Positions 43,485 through 56,091 are shown, counted from the stretch's first letter. The stretch is DNA of 64,000 nt from Otariodibacter sp. (GCF_029256985.1 NZ_JARIDQ010000002.1:13-64012); one strand, 5' to 3'. The notes: generated from the sequence alone by a model not told the origin. Numbers and translations: made by a program.

Positions 43485-45398
43485 CTACATAACTAAACGA
43501 CGGATATCTGATAATACGCCATTTAAGTAAGTGATAAATCTTGCGCCATCAGCACCATCAATTACACGGTGATCGTATGATAATGATAATGGTAACATTA
43601 GACGTGGTGTAAATTCTTTACCGTTCCATACTGGTGTCATTTCTGATTTAGACACACCAAGAATAGCAACTTCAGGCGCATTTACGATTGGAGTAAATTG
43701 TGTACCACCAATACCACCTAAGCTTGAAATAGTGAAACATCCACCTTGCATATCAGATGAAGTTAATTTACCTGCACGTGCTTTTTTCGAGATTTCTGAC
43801 AATTCACGAGAAAGTTCAATAATGCCTTTCTTATTCACATTTCTGAACACTGGTACAACTAAACCATTTGGCGTATCTACTGCAACACCGATATTGATAT
43901 ATTTCTTAAGTGTTAAACGTTGTCCATCTTCTGAAAGTGAACTATTAAAGCGAGGGAATTCTTCCAATGCTTTAGCAACAGCTTTCATGATAAATACTAA
44001 TGGAGTTACTTTAACATCTTGTTTAGTCTTCTCTAAGAATGCATTTTGTTCTTTACGGAACTGTTCTAATGTAGTGATATCTGCTTTATCCCATTGTGTT
44101 ACATGAGGGATCATCACCCAGTTACGGTGTAAGTTCGCACCAGAAATCTTTTGGATACGACCTAATTCAACTTCTTCAGTTTCACCAAATTTGCTGAAAT
44201 CAACTTTTGGCCATGGTAATAAGCCTAAACCAGCACCATTCGCCACACCATTGCCTGATGCTTGAGCTGTTGAACCTGATTCAAATGCTTTAACCGCAGT
44301 TTTTACATAAGCTTGAATATCTTCTTTTACGATACGACCTTTACGACCAGTACCTTTAACTTTATCAAGATTTACACCAAATTCACGTGCTAAACGACGA
44401 ATAACAGGTGTAGCATGGGCATAGCCATTGCTTGCTACTACTTGCTCTTGACTTAAACCAGCCACATTGCCACTAGCTTGTGCTGGAGCCGCAGCTTGAG
44501 GTGCCGCAGGTGCTGCTTGCTGAGGAGCTTGTGCTGCTGGAGCAGCTGCCGGTGCTGCACCTGCAACTTCAAATTTCATAATTAATGAGCCAGTAGAAAC
44601 TTTATCACCGACTTTAATTAAGATTTCTTTGACAGTACCGGCTAATGGAGCTGGTACTTCCATTGATGCTTTATCACCTTCTACATTGATGATTGATTGA
44701 TCTACTTCAACAACATCACCAACTTTAACCATGATTTCAGTTACATTAACTTCATCACCACCAATGTCTGGCACATTTACATCTTGAATTGATGCAACTG
44801 TTGCTGTTTGAGGTGCTGGAGCTGATTCTTGGGCTGGTGCGCTAGCTACTGGTGCTGTACCTGCAACTTCAAACTTCATGATCAATGAACCTGTAGAAAC
44901 TTTATCACCAACATTGATTAAAATTTCTTTAACTGTACCAGCTACTGGTGCAGGAACTTCCATTGATGCTTTATCACCTTCTACATTAATGATTGATTGA
45001 TCAAGTTCTACAACATCACCAACTTTAACCATGATTTCAGTTACATTAACTTCATCACCACCAATATCTGGTACATTTACATCTACTACTGTATTTGTTG
45101 TCGCAGCTGGAGTTGCTGGAACCGCTTCAGTAGCTGGCGCAGGTTGTGCTGTTGGAGCAGATGCTTCTGCTGAATCTAAAACTAGCATAGGTGAACCAGT
45201 AGAAACTTTATCACCCACTTTAACTAAAACTTCTTTTACTACACCAGCTTCTGGAGCTGGTACTTCCATTGATGCTTTATCACCTTCTACATTGATCACA
45301 CTTTGATCAACAGCGATAGTATCACCAACATTTACCATCACTTCAGTTACAGTAACTTCATCACCACCAATATCTGGCACTTGAATTTGTTTCGACAT
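43485..45398 (-). CDS. aceF: Pyruvate dehydrogenase E2 (dihydrolipoyllysine-residue acetyltransferase), three lipoyl domains
   Basis: 637 aa. It has three [13 protein letters not shown] lipoyl domains, Ala/Pro linkers, a PSBD segment and the catalytic [10 protein letters not shown]. Confidence 0.97.
   Translation of the reverse strand: MSKQIQVPDIGGDEVTVTEVMVNVGDTIAVDQSVINVEGDKASMEVPAPEAGVVKEVLVKVGDKVSTGSPMLVLDSAEASAPTAQPAPATEAVPATPAATTNTVVDVNVPDIGGDEVNVTEIMVKVGDVVELDQSIINVEGDKASMEVPAPVAGTVKEILINVGDKVSTGSLIMKFEVAGTAPVASAPAQESAPAPQTATVASIQDVNVPDIGGDEVNVTEIMVKVGDVVEVDQSIINVEGDKASMEVPAPLAGTVKEILIKVGDKVSTGSLIMKFEVAGAAPAAAPAAQAPQQAAPAAPQAAAPAQASGNVAGLSQEQVVASNGYAHATPVIRRLAREFGVNLDKVKGTGRKGRIVKEDIQAYVKTAVKAFESGSTAQASGNGVANGAGLGLLPWPKVDFSKFGETEEVELGRIQKISGANLHRNWVMIPHVTQWDKADITTLEQFRKEQNAFLEKTKQDVKVTPLVFIMKAVAKALEEFPRFNSSLSEDGQRLTLKKYINIGVAVDTPNGLVVPVFRNVNKKGIIELSRELSEISKKARAGKLTSSDMQGGCFTISSLGGIGGTQFTPIVNAPEVAILGVSKSEMTPVWNGKEFTPRLMLPLSLSYDHRVIDGADGARFITYLNGVLSDIRRLVM
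44560..45083. repeat. Two near-identical 224-bp copies at an exact 300-bp period (lipoyl domains 2 and 3 of aceF)
   Basis: Copies at 44560-44783 and 44860-45083 both start CCTGCAACTTCAAA and end CATTTACATC. Between them lie long identical runs, for example CATGATTTCAGTTACATTAACTTCATCACCACCAAT. Confidence 0.9.
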
Positions 45399-45547
45399 TT
45401 TTATTTTTCCTCGTAATTTCTTTTTCTATCATCTATCAGAAAAAGTTAGGGAAGATTTTAAATGTATGAATTTTACAAAAAAATAGAGAAAACCCACCGC
45501 CTGTAAAACCTTCCTATACTTCCCCTCTTTAGAGGGGAAGCATGATT

Positions 45548-48214
45548 TTATGCGTGAAGTGGATTCACTTTATCTGCATTGATTCCAAATTTTTCGATTG
45601 CTTCAGCAACAACACTTGGTTTGATTGAGCCTTCTTCTGCTAATTCAGATAATGCTGCAACAACAACGTGGTGTGCATCAACTTCAAAATGTGAGCGTAA
45701 GTTTTCACGGCTGTCTGAACGACCGAAACCATCAGTACCTAATACAGCATAAGTCTTAGCTGGTACGTATGCAGCAACTTGTTCTGCAAATAATTTCACA
45801 TAATCTGTTGCAGCAACTGCTGGTCTATCATTCATCACTGTAGCGATATATGGAACACGTTTTTCTGCTGTTGGGTGTAATAAGTTATAACGTTCTACAT
45901 CAGCACCTTCACGAGCAACTTCAGTGAATGAAGGTACGCTATAAACGTCTGAAGATACACCATAGTCATTCGCTAGAATTTGTGCAGCTTCACGTACGTG
46001 ACGGAAAATAGAACCACAACCCATTAACTGTACAGATGCTTTTTCTTTCTTAGCTTTAACAGTTTCAAATTTGTAGATACCTTTACGGATACCTTCCTCA
46101 ACACCTTCTGGCATTGCTGGTTGGTCGTAAGTTTCATTTAATGTTGTGATGTAGTAATACACATCTTCTTGAGCTTCACCATACATGCGACGCATACCGT
46201 CTTGGATAATTACCGCCACTTCATAAACATATGCAGGATCATAAGCGATACAGCTAGGGATGATTGCAGCTTGAATATGGCTATGACCATCTTCATGTTG
46301 TAAGCCTTCTCCATTTAAGGTTGTACGACCTGATGTACCACCGATCATGAAACCTCGTGCACGTTGATCTCCTGCTAACCACATTAAATCTCCAACACGT
46401 TGGAAACCAAACATTGAGTAATAAATATAAAATGGAATCATAGGAAGATCATTTGTTGAGTATGAAGTTGCAGCTGCAATCCAAGATGCTGTAGCACCAT
46501 GCTCATTAATCCCTTCTTGTAAAATTTGGCCATTAATTGCTTCACGATAATACGCAACTTGCTCACGATCTTGTGGAGTATAGTTTTGGCCATGAGGACT
46601 ATAAATACCAATTTGGCGGAATAAACCTTCCATACCAAAGGTACGTGCTTCATCCGCAAGAATTGGCACAATGTGTTTACCTAATTCTTTGTTTTTCAGC
46701 AATACATTTAATGAACGTACAAACGCCATTGTAGTTGAGATAGGACGAGCTTGTGCTTCGAATAATTGAGAAAACTCTTCTAACGCAGGTATTTCTAATT
46801 TTTGAGTGAATTTAGGTAGGCGAGTTGGTAAATAACCATTTAATGCCTTACGCTGTTGATGTAAGTAATTATACTCTTCAGATCCTTCCTTGAAAGTAAT
46901 ATAAGGTAAATGTTCAATATCTTCATCTGATACAGGTACTTGGAAATGATCACGGAAGTGTTTAATAGAATTCATATCCATTTTTTTCACTTGGTGAGCA
47001 ATATTTTTACCTTCTGCAGCATCACCCATACCATAACCTTTGATAGTGTGGATTAACAATGCAACTGGTTTATCCTTAACTTGTTTTGCTTTACTATATG
47101 CTGTGAATACTTTGATTGGATCATGTCCACCACGAGTTAATTGCCAAATTTCATCATCTGTCATATCAGCAACTAATGCAGCTGTCTCAGGATAGCGTCC
47201 GAAAAAGTTTTCACGAACATATTTACCATCTTTCGATTTAAATGTTTGATAATCCCCATCAACCACTTCCATCATAAGTTGCATTAATTTACCTGAAGTA
47301 TCTTTTTGAAGTAAATGATCCCAGTTTGATCCCCAAAGTACTTTAATTACTTCCCAACCCGATCCGATAAATTGACTTTCAAGTTCTTGAACAATTTTAC
47401 CATTACCTGTTACTGGTCCATCAAGACGTTGTAAGTTACAGTTAACAATAAAAATCAAATTATCTAAATGTTCACGAGCAGCAAATGCAAGCGCACCACG
47501 AGATTCTGCTTCGTCCATTTCACCATCGCCTAAGAAGGCATACACTGTTTGATCAGTAGTATCTTTTAAGCCACGATTATGAAGATATTTTAAGAAGCGA
47601 GCTTGATAAATTGCATTCAATGGTCCTAATCCCATTGACACAGTTGGGAATTGCCAAAATTCAGGCAATAATCTTGGGTGAGGGTAAGAAGAAAGTCCTT
47701 TACCATGTACTTCTTGACGGAAATTATTTAATTGTTCTTCTGTTAAACGACCTTCTAAAAATGCTCTAGCATAAATCCCTGGAGAAATATGGCCTTGGAA
47801 GAAAACTAAATCTCCCCCATTTTGCTCCGTACGAGCTTTGAAGAAATGGTTAAATCCAACTTCATACAATGTTGCAGCAGACTGGTATGAAGCCATATGT
47901 CCACCTAACTCTAAATCTTTCTTAGATGCTCTCAACACCATCATGATTGAGTTCCAACGTACTGCTGTACGAATACGACGTTCTAAATCCAAATTACCTG
48001 GATAAGGAAGATCTTCTGACGCAGGAATTGTATTAACATAATCGGTACTGATACCACTTTGTAGAGGAACACCTTGACTACGAGCTTGTTGAAGTACTTG
48101 CTCAACAATAAATTGTGCTCTTTCTACACCTTCTTCACGAATTAATGAGTTAATTGCAAGTAACCAATCATTAGTTTCGATTGGATCTACGTCATTACCT
48201 AAAATTTCTGACAT
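45548..48214 (-). CDS. aceE: Pyruvate dehydrogenase E1 component
   Basis: I set the start at ATG 48214 (MSEILGNDVDPIETNDWL, the conserved AceE N-terminus) with AAGGAAAG upstream. The listed 48250 start adds 12 residues. Confidence 0.96.
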   Translation of the reverse strand: MSEILGNDVDPIETNDWLLAINSLIREEGVERAQFIVEQVLQQARSQGVPLQSGISTDYVNTIPASEDLPYPGNLDLERRIRTAVRWNSIMMVLRASKKDLELGGHMASYQSAATLYEVGFNHFFKARTEQNGGDLVFFQGHISPGIYARAFLEGRLTEEQLNNFRQEVHGKGLSSYPHPRLLPEFWQFPTVSMGLGPLNAIYQARFLKYLHNRGLKDTTDQTVYAFLGDGEMDEAESRGALAFAAREHLDNLIFIVNCNLQRLDGPVTGNGKIVQELESQFIGSGWEVIKVLWGSNWDHLLQKDTSGKLMQLMMEVVDGDYQTFKSKDGKYVRENFFGRYPETAALVADMTDDEIWQLTRGGHDPIKVFTAYSKAKQVKDKPVALLIHTIKGYGMGDAAEGKNIAHQVKKMDMNSIKHFRDHFQVPVSDEDIEHLPYITFKEGSEEYNYLHQQRKALNGYLPTRLPKFTQKLEIPALEEFSQLFEAQARPISTTMAFVRSLNVLLKNKELGKHIVPILADEARTFGMEGLFRQIGIYSPHGQNYTPQDREQVAYYREAINGQILQEGINEHGATASWIAAATSYSTNDLPMIPFYIYYSMFGFQRVGDLMWLAGDQRARGFMIGGTSGRTTLNGEGLQHEDGHSHIQAAIIPSCIAYDPAYVYEVAVIIQDGMRRMYGEAQEDVYYYITTLNETYDQPAMPEGVEEGIRKGIYKFETVKAKKEKASVQLMGCGSIFRHVREAAQILANDYGVSSDVYSVPSFTEVAREGADVERYNLLHPTAEKRVPYIATVMNDRPAVAATDYVKLFAEQVAAYVPAKTYAVLGTDGFGRSDSRENLRSHFEVDAHHVVVAALSELAEEGSIKPSVVAEAIEKFGINADKVNPLHA

Positions 48215-48598
48215 AGCTTTTCTTTCCTTTTTTATAAGTGAATAATACAAGTAAACAGGACTGCTTACCCTCTGTTGTGAAATATGACTGACATGGTCTT
48301 ATTTAGCCATGGCCAAATCAAAATCAGATTGAATGCAAAAATATTAAGATTAAATTGAATTATCTTTACAAACACAATAATACTAACCACTTGATTTTTA
48401 ACAATATCTATTTTTTGTTAAAAAAACGTAAGCGAATATTTATATAAGAATAACAAAATTGGGCTAATTTGTCCATTTTTCCCCAAAATTTAAAGTGGCA
48501 AACATGCTTAACACCCTCCTTATTTTTAAGAAATAATCAACGATTTATGCTATTCTATGCGAATCTTTTATCAATCGTTTGAATAGGTTATGTAGATA

Positions 48599-49090
48599 AT
48601 GAAAAATCCAAAAATTGCCATCGTTATGGGTTCTAAAAGTGATTGGCCCACAATGTCTGAAGCTGCACAAATTCTTGACCAATTTGACATTTCTTATCAT
48701 GTTGAAATAGTTTCTGCTCATCGGACACCAGATAAATTATTTAGTTTTGCTGAAAAAGCAGAAAAAAATGGGTATAAAGTTATTATTGCTGGTGCAGGTG
48801 GAGCGGCCCATCTCCCCGGAATGATTGCCGCTAAAACGATTGTTCCAGTACTTGGCGTTCCGGTAAAAAGTTCGATGCTAAGTGGTGTAGATAGTCTATA
48901 CTCTATTGTTCAAATGCCGAAAGGTATTCCAGTCGGTACACTAGCAATTGGACCTGCTGGTGCTGCTAATGCAGGTTTACTTGCAGCACAGATATTAGCA
49001 GTCTTTGATAGCGGATTAACAAAAAAATTACATGAATTTCGTCAATCTCAAACAAAAGTAGTTCTTGACAATCCTGATCCTCGTGATTAG
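48599..49090 (+). CDS. purE: N5-carboxyaminoimidazole ribonucleotide mutase
   Basis: 163 aa with MGSKSDW and SAHRTP motifs. It is class I, since purK follows. Confidence 0.96.
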   Translation: MKNPKIAIVMGSKSDWPTMSEAAQILDQFDISYHVEIVSAHRTPDKLFSFAEKAEKNGYKVIIAGAGGAAHLPGMIAAKTIVPVLGVPVKSSMLSGVDSLYSIVQMPKGIPVGTLAIGPAGAANAGLLAAQILAVFDSGLTKKLHEFRQSQTKVVLDNPDPRD

Positions 49091-49119
49091 TCAAGTTTGT
49101 TTTAACTTTTCATCAATCG

Positions 49120-49175
49120 AAGCGGTTAGTTTTAGAGAAAATTTTACAAATTTTAAGTCAAATCCTACCGCTTGT
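49120..49175. repeat. Inverted USS pair (AAGCGGT-N40-ACCGCTTGT) with central AAATTTTACAAATTTTA
   Basis: The element aagcggttagttttagagaaaattttacaaattttaagtcaaatcctaccgcttgt lies inside the purE-purK spacer. An exact USS 9-mer sits at 49167-49175. Confidence 0.75.
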
Positions 49176-49202
49176 TACAACTAGTTTATTCGAGAATATT
49201 TC

Positions 49203-50300
49203 ATGCAACAAAGTACACTCTATCCTCCCATTTATGTATTAGGCAATGGCCAACTTGGCAGAATGTTACGTTATGCGGGGGCGCCATTGGATATCACAGT
49301 TAAGCCCCTTGCGTTTGATGCCGATGTTTTTGATATAGAATCTGATAGCTTAATTACAGCTGAAATTGAGAGATGGGAAACAACGCCTCTCACAAAAATT
49401 TTAAGTACTCATCCTAATTTTGTAAATTTACCTGTTTTTGGACAATTAGCGGATCGCTTCACTCAAAAATCACTACTTGATCAACTAAATATTCCAACAT
49501 CCCCTTGGCAATTAGTCGAATCACCAAATCAATGGGAAGATATTTTTGCTAATGTGGGTGAAAAAGTTGTCGTAAAACGTCGTACAGGTGGCTACGATGG
49601 TCGAGGACAATGGATTGTGACTAAAAATTCAATCATTCAAATTGTCCCTGAATTATTTGGAGAAGTCATCGCCGAAAAATTTATTCCCTTCGATGGTGAA
49701 ATATCCCTTGTCGGGGCAAGATTTAGAAATGGCAAACATCGTTTCTACCCTATTACCCATAATCTACAACAAAATGGGATTTTACGTTATAGCGTGACTA
49801 ACCTTAATCTTCCTCATCAACAATTATTTCAAGCTCAAGCAGAAAAAATGCTCTCGGCTATCATGGACGAATTAAATTATGTTGGCGTAATGGCAATGGA
49901 ATGCTTTGTGGTTGGAGAAACATTATTAATTAATGAACTCGCACCTAGGGTTCATAATAGTGGGCATTGGACACAATTGGGTTGTTCAATAAGCCAATTT
50001 GAATTACATCTGCGTGCCTTACTTGATTTACCTACACCACAATTAACCACTAGCGGTACAAATGTTATGGTCAATTTAATTGGGATCGAACATCATAAAG
50101 AATGGCTCAGTATTCCTCATTCACAACTTCATTGGTATGGAAAAGAAGTTAGAGAAGGTCGAAAACTTGGGCATTTGAATTTATATCATTTGGACAAGCA
50201 AGAAATTATATCTAGCTTAGAAAAAGTTAAACCTGCTTTAACTGAAGATTTTTATTCTGGGTTGGAATGGGTAAAAGATCTTTTGTCCAACATCTCATAG
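49203..50300 (+). CDS. purK: N5-carboxyaminoimidazole ribonucleotide synthase
   Basis: 365-aa ATP-grasp protein with LINELAPRVHNSGHWT, located downstream of purE. Confidence 0.94.
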   Translation: MQQSTLYPPIYVLGNGQLGRMLRYAGAPLDITVKPLAFDADVFDIESDSLITAEIERWETTPLTKILSTHPNFVNLPVFGQLADRFTQKSLLDQLNIPTSPWQLVESPNQWEDIFANVGEKVVVKRRTGGYDGRGQWIVTKNSIIQIVPELFGEVIAEKFIPFDGEISLVGARFRNGKHRFYPITHNLQQNGILRYSVTNLNLPHQQLFQAQAEKMLSAIMDELNYVGVMAMECFVVGETLLINELAPRVHNSGHWTQLGCSISQFELHLRALLDLPTPQLTTSGTNVMVNLIGIEHHKEWLSIPHSQLHWYGKEVREGRKLGHLNLYHLDKQEIISSLEKVKPALTEDFYSGLEWVKDLLSNIS

Positions 50301-50349
50301 TCTAAAAGTATAATCATCGCAATTATACTAACAAGATATAAGATTAAAC

Positions 50350-50386
50350 AAAAAGAGTTGGTTATCAGTTATAACCAACTCTTTTT
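50350..50386. terminator. Bidirectional terminator between purK and nanM
   Basis: The sequence is aaaaAGAGTTGGTTATcagttATAACCAACTCTtttt. Confidence 0.85.
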
Positions 50387-50428
50387 AATACATGTCAAAA
50401 TATATTATTCTTGAGAATCTAAATAATA

Positions 50429-51547
50429 TTATTCAACAACAACTTTACCATTATTAAAGCTCATTGATTTAACTTCTGTAAGCGCCTTGCCACCATCAGT
50501 TTCGCCACCAATCATAAGCACTTTATCGCCATAATTTACAGCAACACCATAAGCGATATTTATTGGGTATTCACCAACAACATTCCATTTGCCATTACTA
50601 AATTCATAAATATCATTGTGATAAGTTTTTGTTAAACCTTTATGAGCCCAATTCATACCATCTTTAAATTGTTTAACAGAACCAGGGAAGTTTGCACCAC
50701 CAGTTACAATATAATGACCATTTGAATAGCCTCCCATTGCACCAGCTAAACCATCTTGAGCTTGATTTTTCACACCTGGTAGATCTGGAAGTTGTTTCCA
50801 TTCAACGCCATTTTTGCCAAATTTACCTTGATAAGTTGTCGCTGTGCGAAGCCCCGGTTTTATTTCACCATTAACAACCATTAACTTATCGCCATCAATG
50901 CTAAACATTGCACCAGCTCTGGGATAACCCGGGCCTTCATTAGTCCATTTATTTGATGACGGCTGATAGCTTAAAAGCTCTGTTGTAAAGAAATAATCTG
51001 CTGGAGCTTGATCATAATAAGCTTCTAAAATTGCATCTTGTTTTGCTTTATCATCCCCCGCAGTTGCCAAATCATCAAAAATACCATCAAAAATGTTGAT
51101 GTTTGAACCACCTAAAATATAGATTTTATCACCATGAGAAGCACCTGCTGCACCGACCAATCCACGAGGAGAACGAGTCGGTAATTTAGTCCATGTATTT
51201 GTTACAGGATCATAACTATAAGCATCATTAACCAAATTTAATGCGCCTTTAGCATTTTTTTGGTAACCACCAAAAATATATAATTTTCCATCTACTACAC
51301 CAGATACTGGCTGATTACGATCACCACCTGGAAATTTCGCAATTTCTTTCCATGCTTTTGGATCTTTTAAATCAAGTGAATAGAATTTTATTGTACCTGT
51401 ACCACCTAATCCAACATAAACAGTATCACCAATTACTGCTCCTGTACCACTTTTGATACCTTCAGGCAGATCTGGATACTGAGCAGCTCGTGCTACAAAC
51501 GCCGTCATTGCTAATACTGAAAATAATACTGTTTTTGTAAATTTCAT
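50429..51547 (-). CDS. nanM: N-acetylneuraminate epimerase (sialic acid mutarotase), Kelch-repeat periplasmic protein
   Basis: 372 aa with a signal peptide and repeated G..Y..GG Kelch blades. It lies downstream of siaP-siaQM, as with H. influenzae HI0148 and E. coli YjhT. Confidence 0.88.
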   Translation of the reverse strand: MKFTKTVLFSVLAMTAFVARAAQYPDLPEGIKSGTGAVIGDTVYVGLGGTGTIKFYSLDLKDPKAWKEIAKFPGGDRNQPVSGVVDGKLYIFGGYQKNAKGALNLVNDAYSYDPVTNTWTKLPTRSPRGLVGAAGASHGDKIYILGGSNINIFDGIFDDLATAGDDKAKQDAILEAYYDQAPADYFFTTELLSYQPSSNKWTNEGPGYPRAGAMFSIDGDKLMVVNGEIKPGLRTATTYQGKFGKNGVEWKQLPDLPGVKNQAQDGLAGAMGGYSNGHYIVTGGANFPGSVKQFKDGMNWAHKGLTKTYHNDIYEFSNGKWNVVGEYPINIAYGVAVNYGDKVLMIGGETDGGKALTEVKSMSFNNGKVVVE

Positions 51548-51615
51548 TTTATTACCCCATTTTAACTAGTAAGAATGAATATCTATTCAGATACAATGTT
51601 GAATAGTGATTTTTT

Positions 51616-51639
51616 AAGTTAGCCGAATACGGCTAACTT
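51616..51639. other. Intercistronic hairpin between siaQM and nanM
   Basis: AAGTTAGCCGaataCGGCTAACTT is a perfect 10-bp stem. There is no T-run on the minus (transcribed) side, so it is more likely an mRNA-stability or processing element than a terminator. Confidence 0.5.
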
Positions 51640-51657
51640 AGTTCTAATGTTTATATG

Positions 51658-53505
51658 CTAAGGCATAATAAGATTTGGAATAAATGTAATAATTTGTGGA
51701 AAAATTGTAATTAATATCAATGTGATAAAAATCGGAACAAGGAATGGTAAAACGCCTTTTGCAACTGTACTTACAGGCATGTTACCTACACGAGCAACGA
51801 CAAATAATGCCATTCCCATTGGTGGTGTAAGAATACCAATCATCATATTTAATGTCGTCATCACCCCAAAGAAAATCAAATCTATACCAAAATGTTGTGC
51901 AATTGGAATCAACATCGGTAATACCAAAAACTGTAAGGCTAAGGCATCAATAAACATACCTAAGAATAACAATAATAAGTTAATCATAACTAATACAGTG
52001 ATTGGCGAATTAGCCACAGCCATAAACATGTCTGCTATTCTCATTGCAACTTGCTCACGAGCAATCATATCCCCAAAAAAAGTCACTGTCATAACCATTA
52101 AAGCTGTTACACCTGTAATTGCCACTGCTTCTACACAACTATTAAATAGTATCTTAATATTTAATTCTCTATATACAAACATACCGATGATTGTAGAGTA
52201 AAGCGCTGCAATAACAGCAGCCTCTGTCGGAGTAAAGAAACCAGAGAAGATACCACCAATAATTAAAATTGGTGTAAATACTGCCCAAACTGCTTTTTTA
52301 AATGCTTGACAACGTTGTTGTAAAGTTGCTTTGGGTGTTCTTGGATAACCACGTTTTTTAGCAATGTAATAATTCATTGACATTAATGCAGCAGTAACTA
52401 GCACACCTGGTATAAATCCAGCAACGAATAATTTTGCAATAGATTGGTTTGCAATAACTCCATAGATAATCATAGAGATACTAGGAGGCACAAGAGGGCC
52501 GATAATACATGATGCTGCAGTAATTCCACCACACATATCATCATCGTAACCAGCATCACGCATTGCTTTAATTTCAAGTTGCCCCAATCCACCAGCATCT
52601 GCTAAAGCAGAACCAGACATACCTGAAAAAATTAGACTAGCACCAATATTTACATGCCCCATACCGCCACGATAATGGCCTAATACAGCACTTGCAAAAT
52701 TAAAGATACGTTCTGTAATTCCTCCTGTATTCATTAAAATACCAGTTAAGATAAAGAAAGGAACACTAAGAAGAGAAAAACTATTTAAGCTATCTACAAG
52801 TTTATTTGATGCTGAATTTACAATATTCCATCTAGTCATCAAGAAATAAAGTATAGTAGCAATAAATAATGACCAACCAACTGGTGTTCCTAAGAACATA
52901 ATAATAAGCCAAACAACTAATACAACATAAACAGCTGAATCTCCTAATTTGACATAATTTGAAATACGAAGGGTTCTGTACCAATTGGGTTCAATAAATA
53001 CAATAGCAAAAATAATAATAGTAAAAATTACGTATGCTGTAACTGGAATATAAGTTAATCCATTATTTATATTGCTTTGCTGAGCTTGTAAGAATCGAAA
53101 AAGCATTAAAAGGGAAATAAATGGTAACGCTGCATATAACCACTTTTCAGATATACCTAAAGAAACAATCTCAAAACTAGAGTCTAACCAAACCTTAAAC
53201 CCTAAATAGATAAAAAGAACAATAGAAATAAAAATTAGAATTTGAACAAATGAATTGGCAACTTTTTTTACTTTTTCAGGTAAATAGTTAGTAATGAAAT
53301 CAATATATACGTGTTGTTGACTTCTAATTGCCATGCTTATACCGAGTAATGCGACATAAATAAAAAGTAATCTAGCTAACTCTTCACTCCAAATAAATGG
53401 TGAGTCGAATACTTGGCGAGCCAAAATCTGAGCAATAAGAATGATAAAGATGGCGATAAACATCACACCGCCTATCCACTCCTCTAATTTGTTTATTATT
53501 TTCAT
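51658..53505 (-). CDS. siaQM: Sialic acid TRAP transporter, fused small/large permease
   Basis: 615 aa with fused DctQ-like and DctM-like halves (about 16-17 TM). It lies immediately downstream of a DctP-type binding protein, as in the H. influenzae SiaPQM system. Confidence 0.85.
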   Translation of the reverse strand: MKIINKLEEWIGGVMFIAIFIILIAQILARQVFDSPFIWSEELARLLFIYVALLGISMAIRSQQHVYIDFITNYLPEKVKKVANSFVQILIFISIVLFIYLGFKVWLDSSFEIVSLGISEKWLYAALPFISLLMLFRFLQAQQSNINNGLTYIPVTAYVIFTIIIFAIVFIEPNWYRTLRISNYVKLGDSAVYVVLVVWLIIMFLGTPVGWSLFIATILYFLMTRWNIVNSASNKLVDSLNSFSLLSVPFFILTGILMNTGGITERIFNFASAVLGHYRGGMGHVNIGASLIFSGMSGSALADAGGLGQLEIKAMRDAGYDDDMCGGITAASCIIGPLVPPSISMIIYGVIANQSIAKLFVAGFIPGVLVTAALMSMNYYIAKKRGYPRTPKATLQQRCQAFKKAVWAVFTPILIIGGIFSGFFTPTEAAVIAALYSTIIGMFVYRELNIKILFNSCVEAVAITGVTALMVMTVTFFGDMIAREQVAMRIADMFMAVANSPITVLVMINLLLLFLGMFIDALALQFLVLPMLIPIAQHFGIDLIFFGVMTTLNMMIGILTPPMGMALFVVARVGNMPVSTVAKGVLPFLVPIFITLILITIFPQIITFIPNLIMP

Positions 53506-53535
53506 AAATACCTCAAATAATCCAATAAAAACAAC

Positions 53536-53561
53536 CCTTACCCTTGAAGTAAAAGGGTAAG
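53536..53561. other. Intercistronic hairpin between siaP and siaQM
   Basis: CCTTACCCTTgaagtaAAGGGTAAGG is a 10-bp stem. Such hairpins are typical of binding-protein/permease operons with differential expression. Confidence 0.55.
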
Positions 53562-53572
53562 GTAATACGATA

Positions 53573-54586
<1,014 letters not shown>

Positions 54587-54682
54587 CTAATAGTAGATTA
54601 TTTAACCACAAGTTTAAACTTGGTTTTATTTTAAAGTGAAAATTTCATTTTTGATATATAAAATGAAGTTTTATTTCAAAAA

Positions 54683-54698
54683 TGATAAGTAGGTCACA
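54683..54698. promoter_or_regulatory. CRP-like site upstream of siaP
   Basis: TGATA-agtagg-TCACA has one perfect and one 3/5 half-site relative to TGTGA-N6-TCACA. It lies about 130-145 nt upstream of the siaP ATG. Confidence 0.35.
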
Positions 54699-54722
54699 AA
54701 ATTGAAAAGGTGGTATTTAAAT

Positions 54723-55181
54723 TTAAGGTTGATATCCTGAATCAACAAAAGTTGGAGAGCTAGCTCCAGCTTTGGCAAGCTTGTCACATATTTCATTTTC
54801 TGTATGGCCTGAATGTCCTTTTATCCACAACCACTCGATAATATGAGATTGAATAGCAATGTCTAGTTTTTCCCATAAATCTTGATTTTTCACCGGTTGT
54901 TTACTACTTGTTTTCCAATTATTGGCTTTCCAGTTGCTCATCCACTTTTCAATGCCATTTTTCATATATTGGCTATCGCTAGATAATAAAATATGACAAG
55001 GTTCTTTTAATGTTGATAAAGCTTCAATAACTGCTAATAACTCCATTCTGTTATTTGTTGTCAAATAGAATCCTTTGCTAATTTCTTTTGTATGATGTTT
55101 ATAGCGTAAAAAGCAACCAATACCACCTGGCCCAGGATTACCTAAACAAGATCCATCTGTAAAAATTTCAATTTTTTTCAT
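54723..55181 (-). CDS. rnhA: Ribonuclease HI
   Basis: 152 aa with [22 protein letters not shown] and KGHSGH..NE.CD catalytic motifs. Confidence 0.95.
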   Translation of the reverse strand: MKKIEIFTDGSCLGNPGPGGIGCFLRYKHHTKEISKGFYLTTNNRMELLAVIEALSTLKEPCHILLSSDSQYMKNGIEKWMSNWKANNWKTSSKQPVKNQDLWEKLDIAIQSHIIEWLWIKGHSGHTENEICDKLAKAGASSPTFVDSGYQP

Positions 55182-55229
55182 TTATTCTTCCCATCATTAA
55201 ATTTCTCAAAGTAACCCTGTTGCATTAAA

Positions 55230-56066
55230 TTACATAACTATAGTTTTATTTTTATAAACAAAAACACGATCTGATAAAACTAGATCTAAAGCTCTGCTTA
55301 ATACTGTTTTTTCTACATCTCGACCGGCTCGCATCATTGCATCAGCTGTATAAGTATGATCTATATTTATCACATTTTGCATAATAATTGGACCTTGATC
55401 CAATTCATTATTAATGAAATGAGCAGTTGCACCTATAATTTTTACACCTCGATCATAGGCTTGTTGATATGGCTTTGCACCAATAAAAGCAGGTAAAAAT
55501 GAATGATGAATATTGATCACTCTATTCGGATAACGCTCAACAAACTCTGGATTTAGTACCCTCATATATTTAGCCAATACAATATAATCTGGAGTATATT
55601 TATCTATTTGTTCACTAAGTAACTTATCATGCTTAACTCTACTCAATCCTTCATGACTTACTAATTGAAAAGGAACATTAAATTTTTCAGTCAATTCTCG
55701 TAAATTATCATGATTTCCAATTACAGCAGCAATATCAACATCTAAGCCTCCATAATAATTTTTCATCAAAATATCACCTAGACAATGAGCCTCTTTTGTC
55801 ACAAGAATCACTATTCTTTTACGTTGTTTGGAGACTAACTTATAAGTAGCACCTTCTGGCAACATAAATTTCAAATCAGCAAGAAACGTTTCATCATTAA
55901 AAATACCTTTTAATTCTGTTCTCATAAAAAATCTATGAGTATCATTATCAACAAATTCTGTATTATTAATGATATTTAATTGATGTTTATAACAAATATT
56001 AGTAATTTTAGCGACTAACCCTTTATAATCTGGCGACTCTGTTAATAAAATTTTATCTTCAATCAT
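55230..56066 (-). CDS. purU: Formyltetrahydrofolate deformylase
   Basis: 278 aa with an N-terminal ACT domain and a formyltransferase core (NIHHSFLPAF). Confidence 0.93.
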   Translation of the reverse strand: MIEDKILLTESPDYKGLVAKITNICYKHQLNIINNTEFVDNDTHRFFMRTELKGIFNDETFLADLKFMLPEGATYKLVSKQRKRIVILVTKEAHCLGDILMKNYYGGLDVDIAAVIGNHDNLRELTEKFNVPFQLVSHEGLSRVKHDKLLSEQIDKYTPDYIVLAKYMRVLNPEFVERYPNRVINIHHSFLPAFIGAKPYQQAYDRGVKIIGATAHFINNELDQGPIIMQNVINIDHTYTADAMMRAGRDVEKTVLSRALDLVLSDRVFVYKNKTIVM

Positions 56067-56091
56067 CTCTATTTCCTTAATTTTAAAATAA

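Noticed and set aside
44560-45390. Regularly spaced repeats that might suggest a CRISPR-like or satellite array (aceF, and also 62329-62900)
   Set aside because: Both repeat sets are in-frame coding repeats (lipoyl domains and Sel1/TPR-like units) with periods of 300 and 171 bp. There is no short repeat/unique spacer organisation, so they are not CRISPR.
48421-48590. PurR-box-like sequences upstream of purE (AAAAAAACGTAAGCGA near 48423 and ATCAATCGTTTGAATA near 48570)
   Set aside because: Each matches only about 10 of 16 positions of the ACGCAAACGTTTGCGT consensus. In AT-rich DNA this is too weak to call without a genome-specific motif model.
51722-52201. 159-aa plus-strand ORF inside siaQM, the longest unexplained ORF in the track
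   Set aside because: It is entirely antisense to a well-supported TRAP permease gene and has low-complexity I/N/K/T-rich composition with no motifs. It is the typical shadow ORF opposite a hydrophobic membrane-protein gene.
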